The notes under the pieces were generated by a model. That model saw nothing but the letters and a program-made list of their open reading frames with translations. It was not told the origin of the DNA and ran no database searches. From assembly GCA_019116265.1 (NCBI GenBank), contig DXBZ01000035.1:1-57104 (forward strand): a DNA stretch of 57,104 bases, read 5' to 3'. The translations under genes and the position numbers were made by a program. Shown here one piece after another: positions 50,726 through 57,104 of the stretch (the first letter of the stretch is position 1; every line of letters starts with the position of its first letter). The DNA comes from Candidatus Olsenella stercoravium. Lineage in GTDB: Bacteria; Actinomycetota; Coriobacteriia; Coriobacteriales; Atopobiaceae.

Positions 50726-51916
50726 CTAGCGGCGCGCAAGACGCGGCCTCCATCCCTTGAGCGCCATGAGGCCGAGGAACGCGGCGAGAACGACCACGGA
50801 CAGCACGAACAGTGCCACCGGAAAGAGCCAGAAGCCCACGCGCTCCGCGACCAGGCCAAAGAGCGGCGGGAGCGTGAGCGAGCCCACGTAGGAGGCAGCC
50901 ATCTGCACGCCGATCACGGACTGCGAGAAGTCGCGACCAAAGAGGCGCGGCGTGAGGTGCAGCATGTTGGGATAGAGCGGACTGTTGCCAAATCCCACGA
51001 GGAAGAGGCCCACCGGTGCCGCGGCGAGCGGCAGAGGGGCAAGAAGCACAAGCACGGCCACAAAGGTGATAGCCTGCCCCAGTCCCACGAGCTGCTTGCT
51101 GGAGAGTCGGTTGGCAAGCACGCCGGAGAGGAAGCGACCCGCCGTCACGCCCACGTAGTAGACCGTCACCATGCCGGCGGCGGCGCCGGCCGCCATGCCG
51201 CGAGAGCTCACGAGGTAGCTCGCGCACCAGGTGTTGCAGATGCCCTCGATGGCGACGGACGCCATGAAGACGAGGCAGGCCAGGCGGATGTCTCGACGCC
51301 GCACGAGGGCGAGCGGGCTCTCGGTGCGGGGCGCGGGGTCGTCGTTCTTCTCGCCGGCAGGCTCCTCATGGCCGACGCGGGACCAGAGCGGCAGAATCGC
51401 GATCGTGGCAGCCATGATCACCGCCTGAACTGCCGCCGCCTCGAGATAGCCGTCGCGCCACGTGCCGCCCGAGAGCGCGAGCGACATGAGAAACGGGCTC
51501 ACCGTGATGCCCACGCCGTAGGCGCAGTGGAGGAAGTTCATGTGCGTTGCCTTGTAGTGCAGGGCAACGTAGTTGTTGAGCGCCGTGTCGATGGCGCCCG
51601 CACCGAGGCCGAGGGGAACGGCGAGCAGGCAGAGCCACGGAAAACTCGGCGCCACGGCAAAGCCGACGAGCGCTGCCGCAGTAAGCGCCGTGGAGACGGC
51701 CGTAACGCGTCCGGTGCCAAAGCGGTTGATGAGCCGCGCGGAGGAGAGGCTCGAGACAATGGTCCCGCAACAGGTGACCATTGTGACCGCGCTTCCCCAC
51801 GAGACGGGAATGCCAAGGTCAACGTGCATGGCCGGCCACGCCGCACCAAAGAGCGAGTCCGGGACGCCCAGGCCGACAAAGGCAACGTAGATGACGACGA
51901 GAAGAACGACGGACAC
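50726..51916 (-). CDS. MFS transporter
   Basis: GVPDSLFGAAWP, GAIDTALNNYVA, about 12 TM; start approximate. Confidence 0.88.
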   Translation of the reverse strand: MSVVLLVVIYVAFVGLGVPDSLFGAAWPAMHVDLGIPVSWGSAVTMVTCCGTIVSSLSSARLINRFGTGRVTAVSTALTAAALVGFAVAPSFPWLCLLAVPLGLGAGAIDTALNNYVALHYKATHMNFLHCAYGVGITVSPFLMSLALSGGTWRDGYLEAAAVQAVIMAATIAILPLWSRVGHEEPAGEKNDDPAPRTESPLALVRRRDIRLACLVFMASVAIEGICNTWCASYLVSSRGMAAGAAAGMVTVYYVGVTAGRFLSGVLANRLSSKQLVGLGQAITFVAVLVLLAPLPLAAAPVGLFLVGFGNSPLYPNMLHLTPRLFGRDFSQSVIGVQMAASYVGSLTLPPLFGLVAERVGFWLFPVALFVLSVVVLAAFLGLMALKGWRPRLARR

Positions 51917-52101
51917 GCGAGCAACCCCCTTGCACGGATGCCTTCTGGAAACGTTTCCACACAATGATACCCCCCTCACTGAGGCAGCGCCAGCCATCTT
52001 GCAAAAACATCACTCAACCGTGAGGCAAGTCGATAGCAACGCGAGCGGAGTTCGCTCACAATGTGCCCGGCACTACGGACGAGTCGAGAAGAACGGACAC
52101 C

Positions 52102-53100
52102 ATGAACCTCATCAGGCACTTTCTCGCCGGCTACACCGAGAGCTTCATCTTGGCGCTCGTGCTCTGGCCAATGGCGTCGCTCGCGCTGACCCTACCGATC
52201 CTCGCCTGGCTCTACCACCGCGACGGGCGCCTGCGCTTCGGCTCGGCCGTCTCGACCTACCTCGCGGTTCTCTACGTGCTGGGACTGGGGTGCTTCACGC
52301 TGTACCCGCTGCCGAACGGCGACTCAGGCCTCGGCATCACCTACGGCGTCCCCTGGCAGCTCGACCCGCTCGCGTTTGTGGGGGACTTCCGACGCGAGGG
52401 CGTGAGCACGCTGCCGCAGATTGTCTTCAACGTGGTGCTCTTCATGCCGTTTGGCTTCATCGCAGGACGCCTGCTGCGCTGGGGCTTCTGGCGATCTGTC
52501 GCCGCGGGCCTGCTCGTCTCGTTCTGCGTCGAGGCGGCACAGGGCACGGGGCTCTTTGGCATCTACCCGTACGCCTACCGCACGGCTGACGTCGACGACC
52601 TCATCTACAACACCTCGGGGGCCGCGCTCGGCTGGGCCTGCTCCGCCGCGCTCGCGCGAGTGCTGCCGCCCGGCGCGCTCGCCGAGGAGGGCGAGGTCAC
52701 GCACGAGCCTGGCTTCGTGCGTCGCTGCGTGGCATTCTGGCTGGACACGCTGCTCACCACGCTCATCTCCACCGTGATCGCCGGTATCGTCATCCTCGTT
52801 CTGCACAACGTACCCGGCGGCGAGCGCTGGGTCGACGAGCCGTGGGCGCTCTGGGCCGAATGTCTGGCGTTCGTCCTCGTGGAGCTCGTGCGACCCGCGC
52901 TACACGGAGGCTCCACGCCCGGAGGCGCATTCGTGCGCATGAGTTGCGAGACCCGTGAGCGCACGGGAGCAAGGCGCGCGGTGTTCTACCTCGCACGCCT
53001 CGCGGTGCTTGGCGGCGCGTACCTCTTCGTCCCGCTGGCGTGGCCCGCACTCGTGCTTTTCTACCTCATCGCCCGGCGCATGCCGTACGACTTCATCTAG
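52102..53100 (+). CDS. VanZ family membrane protein with an RDD-like C-terminus
   Basis: FNVVLFMPFG, VEAAQ, ADVDDLIYNTSG; FVRRCVAFWLD..TPG. Confidence 0.82.
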   Translation: MNLIRHFLAGYTESFILALVLWPMASLALTLPILAWLYHRDGRLRFGSAVSTYLAVLYVLGLGCFTLYPLPNGDSGLGITYGVPWQLDPLAFVGDFRREGVSTLPQIVFNVVLFMPFGFIAGRLLRWGFWRSVAAGLLVSFCVEAAQGTGLFGIYPYAYRTADVDDLIYNTSGAALGWACSAALARVLPPGALAEEGEVTHEPGFVRRCVAFWLDTLLTTLISTVIAGIVILVLHNVPGGERWVDEPWALWAECLAFVLVELVRPALHGGSTPGGAFVRMSCETRERTGARRAVFYLARLAVLGGAYLFVPLAWPALVLFYLIARRMPYDFI

Positions 53101-53130
53101 CGCGCCGCGAGCGGGCGGCTACGTGGGCCG

Positions 53131-53631
53131 CTATCGCGCGGGGCCTCCCTCGGCCAGGTCCCTGAGCGCCCCTCCGGCGACGCGATACACCGTCCAGTCG
53201 CTCATGGGCTCCGCTCCCATCGAGAGGTAGAAGTCGATGCTCGGACGGTTCCAGTCGAGACACCACCACTCGAGGCGCCCGCACCCTCGCTCGAGGGCGA
53301 TCTGGGCGAGCCTGCTCAGCAGGGCCCTGCCAAAGCCCCTCCCGCGCCACTCCGGCCGGACGTACAGGTCCTCCAGGTAGACGCCCGACCGCCCGAGAAA
53401 GGTCGAGAAGTTGTGGAAGTACAGGGCAAAGCCGACCTCAACGTCTCCGTCGAGCGCGAAGATCACCTCGGCCCCGTGACGGTCGAAGAGCCAGGCCTCC
53501 AGCGTGGCCTCGTCCGCCACGACCTCGTCGAGCATCCCCTCGTACTCGGCAAGCTCGCGTATGAACGCCAGAATCAGCGGAACATCGGCGCGCACGGCGC
53601 TCCTGAAGCCAATCTGTTCTCCCAAGATCAT
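53131..53631 (-). CDS. GNAT N-acetyltransferase (SSAT/diamine type)
   Basis: IRELAEYE, NFSTFLG, YLEDLYV, RGRGFG, LDWNRPSIDFY. Confidence 0.9.
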   Translation of the reverse strand: MILGEQIGFRSAVRADVPLILAFIRELAEYEGMLDEVVADEATLEAWLFDRHGAEVIFALDGDVEVGFALYFHNFSTFLGRSGVYLEDLYVRPEWRGRGFGRALLSRLAQIALERGCGRLEWWCLDWNRPSIDFYLSMGAEPMSDWTVYRVAGGALRDLAEGGPAR

Positions 53632-53641
53632 CACCTCATTC

Positions 53642-55648
53642 CTAGTTCGAGAAAAACGCGGCGTCGGCGGGGCGGTATGGTCGCAGACGCGCCGCGTCCG
53701 CGACCGTGTGCGCCGCGGCGGGGACGTCGCGCCACTTGACCGTGTGACCCGCACCGTGGCTGCAGAAGACGGAGTCGGGCGTGTTGGGGAGGTCGGCCTC
53801 GGGGTCGTAGGCCGCAGCGGCGATGACCTCGTCGGCGTTGTGGCACGACCGGTAGCCGGCAAGCTCGAGCGAGAGGCGACCACGCCCGCCCGTGTAACGC
53901 GCGATCTCGAGCGCGTACTCCCCCACCTCGGAGGCGGGCACCTCGCCCGTGATGGTCGCTGCGTCACCCAATGCCGTCGGGGCGTCAAACTCCGCCGCCA
54001 TGCGCGTGAGGTCCGTGAGCGCGCGGCCCACGCGGTCGACCGGAACCGCCAGGCGAAAGCGATACCACGGTTCCAGGAGCCGGCACTCCCCGCGCTCGCG
54101 CGCTCCCATGAGGGCCTGGCGCACGGCACGGTAGGTCGCCTGGCGGAAGTCGCCGCCCTCGGTATGCTTGGCGTGCGCGCGGCCCGCGAGCAGCGTGATG
54201 CGCACGTCCGTGAGCGGCGCGCCTGTGAGCACGCCCAGGTGGTCGCGCTCCATCGCGTTGGTGAGGATGAGGCGCTGCCAGTTGAGGTCGAGGTCGTCCA
54301 CAGAGCAGCGCGAGCCAAACTCCACGCCGGAGCCACGCGGAAGAGGCTCCATCAGAAGGCGGACCTCGGCGTAGTGGCGCAGCGGCTCAAAGTGGCCCAC
54401 GCCCTCGGCGGGCGCGCTCACGGTCTCCTTGTAGAGGATGCCACCCGGTCCAAACGTCACCGCAAAGCCGTAGCGCTCGCGCAGGAGCTCGGCGACCACG
54501 TCCTGCTGGACCTCGCCCATGAGCTGGACGTGCGCCTCCTGCAGCTGCTCCTGCCAGGTGACGCCGAGCATCGGGTCCTCGTCGGCGAGCTCGCGCAGCG
54601 CCCGCACCAGGGCGGAGGCGTCCGCACCCTCTGCGGGGACCACCTGATAGGAGAGAACGGGCGCGAGCAGCGGGCGCTCCCCCTCCGGCTCGGCACCGAG
54701 CGGGCTTCCAGGAATGACGTGCGTGAGGCCGGTGACGGCGCAGATGCGGCCGGCGGGCACCTCGCTCACGGTCTCAAAGCTCGCACCTTGGTAGAGGCGC
54801 ACCTCGTTGATCTTCTCGGCCCATGGCTCGCCGCGACGGTCCACGCCTGTGAGCTGCGTCTTCGCGCGCAGCGTGCCGCCCGTGACCTTGACCCAGGCGA
54901 GCCGCTCGCCACGCGCCCCGCGACTCACGCGGTAGACGCGCGCCGCGAACTCCTGGGGCCAGGAGCGCTCGGCGAGCAGCGCGCACATGCCGTCGAGCAG
55001 CTCTCGCACGCCGTCGTCGCGCAGCGCCGCGCCAAAGAACACTGGAAAGAGGTTGCGTCCCGCCACCAGGCGCCGCAGCGTGCCCGCCGTGAGCGCTCCC
55101 GTCTCCAGGTACTCCTCGAGCGCAGCCTCGTCCGTCGAGGCGGCGTCCTCCGACGCGCCCGAATCGCCCGCAAGCAGCGCGAACGCGTCCACACAGCCCG
55201 GCGAGAGCCGCGACGCCAGCTCGGCGAGAAGCTCTTCTCGCCCCGGGTTCTCCAGGTCGCACTTGTTCACAAAGACGAAGGTGGGCACCTCGTGGCGGAC
55301 GAGCAGGTCCCAGAGCGTCTCGGTATGGCCCTGCACGCCGTCGTTTGCGCCCACCACCAGGATCGCGTAGTCGAGGGCGGCGAGCGTGCGCTCGGCCTCC
55401 GCAGAGAAGTCAACGTGGCCGGGTGCGTCCACGAGCACAAGGTGGGAATCCGCCCAGTCGAGCGACGCGCTGGCCGAGAAGCTTGTGATGCCGCGCTCGC
55501 GTTCCATGGCGTCGGTGTCCAGATGGGAGCTGCCGCTGTCCACGCGCCCGGGGCTACGGATGGCCCCCGCCGTGGCGAGCATCGACTCCGCAAGCGTGGT
55601 CTTGCCCGCGTCGACGTGCGCCAACAAGCCCACGACCGCCTGTCCCAT
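53642..55648 (-). CDS. Tet(M)/EF-G-like translational GTPase paralog
   Basis: AHVDAGKTT, RGIT, DAPGH, NKCD; domain IV loop AHAKHTEGGDFRQAT instead of the YSPVST loop of true ribosomal protection proteins. Confidence 0.85.
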   Translation of the reverse strand: MGQAVVGLLAHVDAGKTTLAESMLATAGAIRSPGRVDSGSSHLDTDAMERERGITSFSASASLDWADSHLVLVDAPGHVDFSAEAERTLAALDYAILVVGANDGVQGHTETLWDLLVRHEVPTFVFVNKCDLENPGREELLAELASRLSPGCVDAFALLAGDSGASEDAASTDEAALEEYLETGALTAGTLRRLVAGRNLFPVFFGAALRDDGVRELLDGMCALLAERSWPQEFAARVYRVSRGARGERLAWVKVTGGTLRAKTQLTGVDRRGEPWAEKINEVRLYQGASFETVSEVPAGRICAVTGLTHVIPGSPLGAEPEGERPLLAPVLSYQVVPAEGADASALVRALRELADEDPMLGVTWQEQLQEAHVQLMGEVQQDVVAELLRERYGFAVTFGPGGILYKETVSAPAEGVGHFEPLRHYAEVRLLMEPLPRGSGVEFGSRCSVDDLDLNWQRLILTNAMERDHLGVLTGAPLTDVRITLLAGRAHAKHTEGGDFRQATYRAVRQALMGARERGECRLLEPWYRFRLAVPVDRVGRALTDLTRMAAEFDAPTALGDAATITGEVPASEVGEYALEIARYTGGRGRLSLELAGYRSCHNADEVIAAAAYDPEADLPNTPDSVFCSHGAGHTVKWRDVPAAAHTVADAARLRPYRPADAAFFSN

Positions 55649-55709
55649 GCGCGGCAACCTCCGGATTCTCTAGACAACTGCCAGGAAAATCATACGGCAT
55701 GGATGCGCA

Positions 55710-55842
55710 AAGTCAGTTTTAGGCAGTTTTTTCTGGATGCCCCGAGTAGGACGCGGGACCGCACCAGAGAAATCGCAGCTAGAAAGCCTGTGCAAAATCA
55801 GGCTACTCTAGATGGTCCCCTCAAACTGCCTAAAACTGACTT
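55710..55842. repeat. Intergenic element with a perfect 20-bp inverted repeat
   Basis: AAGTCAGTTTTAGGCAGTTT 55710-29 / AAACTGCCTAAAACTGACTT 55823-42. Confidence 0.88.
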
Positions 55843-55863
55843 GGTCTATCACGGCGGCAAAGC

Positions 55864-55892
55864 TTGACGTCATTTTGCCGCAGCGGGATACT
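55864..55892 (+). promoter_or_regulatory. Sigma70-type promoter for the ABC-F leader
   Basis: TTGACG-N17-GATACT. Confidence 0.65.
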
Positions 55893-55970
55893 GGCGGCGT
55901 CGGCCGAGCGGGGAATGGGCCCCGCAGCGCGGGTGGCACCGCCGTCGGACCGGCAGGGAGCAGGAGAGCC

Positions 55971-55985
55971 GTGCGCATTCGCTAG
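55971..55985 (+). CDS. Leader peptide MRIR
   Basis: SD AGGAG then GTG CGC ATT CGC TAG; R-x-R arrest motif. Confidence 0.7.
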   Translation: MRIR

Positions 55986-56051
55986 ACATCCTCAGCCAAG
56001 AAACCCCTGATGGCGAGAAGAATGCCCGCCTGGCATCTCGCCAGAGAAGAG

Positions 56052-57104
56052 ATGTCTATGCAGCTTGTGCTCTCCGGCGTGTGCTACGCCTACCCTGCGG
56101 CCCGCGAGGCCGTTCTCGACAATGTCACCATCACCTTCCCCACCGGATGGACCACGCTTCTGGGCGACAACGGCTGCGGCAAGACCACGCTGGCCAAGAT
56201 CGCGTGCGGCCTCATCGAGCCCGACGCCGGATCCGTCACGCATGACCTCGTCTGCGCCTACGTGGCCCAGGACGCCGACAAGCCGCCCGAGGGGCTCGCC
56301 GACTTCGCGCTGGACTACGACCGCGAGGCCCGGAGGCTCCGCGAGGCCTTCCGCATAGAGGACGACATGCCCTGGCGCTTTGGCGAGCTCTCCTTCGGTG
56401 AGCGCAAGAAGCTGCAGGTGGCGGTTGCCCTCTGGAGTCGCCCCGACGTGCTCGTGGCGGACGAGCCGACCAACCACCTTGACGCGGACGCTCGCGAGCA
56501 GCTGGGTGAGGTGCTCGAGGGCTTCCGCGGCATCGGAATTCTCGTAAGCCACGACCGCGAACTCGTGGACCTTCTCGCCGCGCGTTGCGCGTCCTTTGAG
56601 CCCGGAGGCATCGTCGTGCGACCGGGCGGCTACAGCGCGGCGCACGGCCAGGCGGAGCTCGAGCGCGCGACGGCCGTCGCGGAGCGCGCGAGCGCCAGAC
56701 GTGAGCTGGCCCGCCTCTCGGCCGAGAAGGACGCTCGGGCCCACGAGGCCGCTCGCGCCGACGCGCGGCGCAGCAAGCGGAACCTGGACCCGCGCGACCG
56801 CGACGCGCGCGGCAAGATCGACCTTGCCATCTTCACCGGGAAGGACGGGCAGGCGGGACGTCTCTCCTCGCAGATGAACGCGCGGGTGGCCGCCGCGCAG
56901 GAACGCCTGGCCGCCGCGCGCGTTGCCAAGCGCTACGACGGCGACCTCTGGGTTGACGCCAGGCCGAGCCCTCGCAAGACCGTGCTGCACGTCCCGTCAG
57001 CCACCATCCCGTGCGGCCCGGAGGGAACGCTCCAGATTCCCGAGCTCTGGGTGGGAAGCCGCGACCACGTGGGCATCGTCGGACCCAACGGCGCCGGCAA
57101 GTCC
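56052..57104 (+). CDS. ABC-F family ATPase (ARE-like), 3'-truncated by the window
   Basis: GDNGCGKTT, LSFGE, DEPTNHLD, VSHDR, long helical linker, second Walker A GPNGAGKS; no TM; missing from the supplied ORF track because the frame has no stop in the window. Confidence 0.88.
   Translation, partial: MSMQLVLSGVCYAYPAAREAVLDNVTITFPTGWTTLLGDNGCGKTTLAKIACGLIEPDAGSVTHDLVCAYVAQDADKPPEGLADFALDYDREARRLREAFRIEDDMPWRFGELSFGERKKLQVAVALWSRPDVLVADEPTNHLDADAREQLGEVLEGFRGIGILVSHDRELVDLLAARCASFEPGGIVVRPGGYSAAHGQAELERATAVAERASARRELARLSAEKDARAHEAARADARRSKRNLDPRDRDARGKIDLAIFTGKDGQAGRLSSQMNARVAAAQERLAAARVAKRYDGDLWVDARPSPRKTVLHVPSATIPCGPEGTLQIPELWVGSRDHVGIVGPNGAGKS

Noticed and set aside
53642-55648. Calling the GTPase tet(M)/tet(W)
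   Set aside because: Lacks the RPP domain IV loop, has host-like GC and no mobile context
55931-55942. GGGTGGCACCGC resembling a T-box antiterminator motif
   Set aside because: No stem I or specifier loop fits in the roughly 35 nt after the promoter; explained by a local hairpin, and the MRIR leader is the better model

Overview
A high-GC (about 70%) chromosomal segment. Gene content and the sortase-type tail suggest a gut Coriobacteriia/Atopobiaceae organism (Olsenella-like); this is inference. Housekeeping genes include htpG, fumC, a metY-like sulfhydrylase, an FKBP PPIase, murI, degV, nudC, yebC and panE. Other modules are a MoxR/DUF58-transglutaminase pair, the GGGtGRT/NifU-like pair, a cobalamin-type ECF transporter with a probable variant B12 riboswitch, a guanidine-III riboswitch upstream of gdx/sugE, a polar amino-acid ABC transporter, a 1891-aa surface adhesin and a RelB-YoeB TA pair. 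Several deletion-scar pseudogenes are present, and a Tet-like GTPase lies divergent from an ABC-F gene. The most notable non-coding signals are four. (1) A complete IS110 whose ends, circle-junction promoter and probable bridge-RNA target loop can be read directly; it appears to target a Shine-Dalgarno sequence and carries a perfect 24-bp internal inverted repeat. (2) A 9-mer, GGCGAGAAG/CTTCTCGCC, found at least 33 times on both strands and enriched between genes, resembling a DNA-uptake sequence. (3) A set of AT-richer intergenic elements bounded by long inverted repeats, each with different arms. (4) An MRIR leader peptide and attenuator in front of the ABC-F gene. All calls come from reading the sequence by eye; no searches or folding programs were run.
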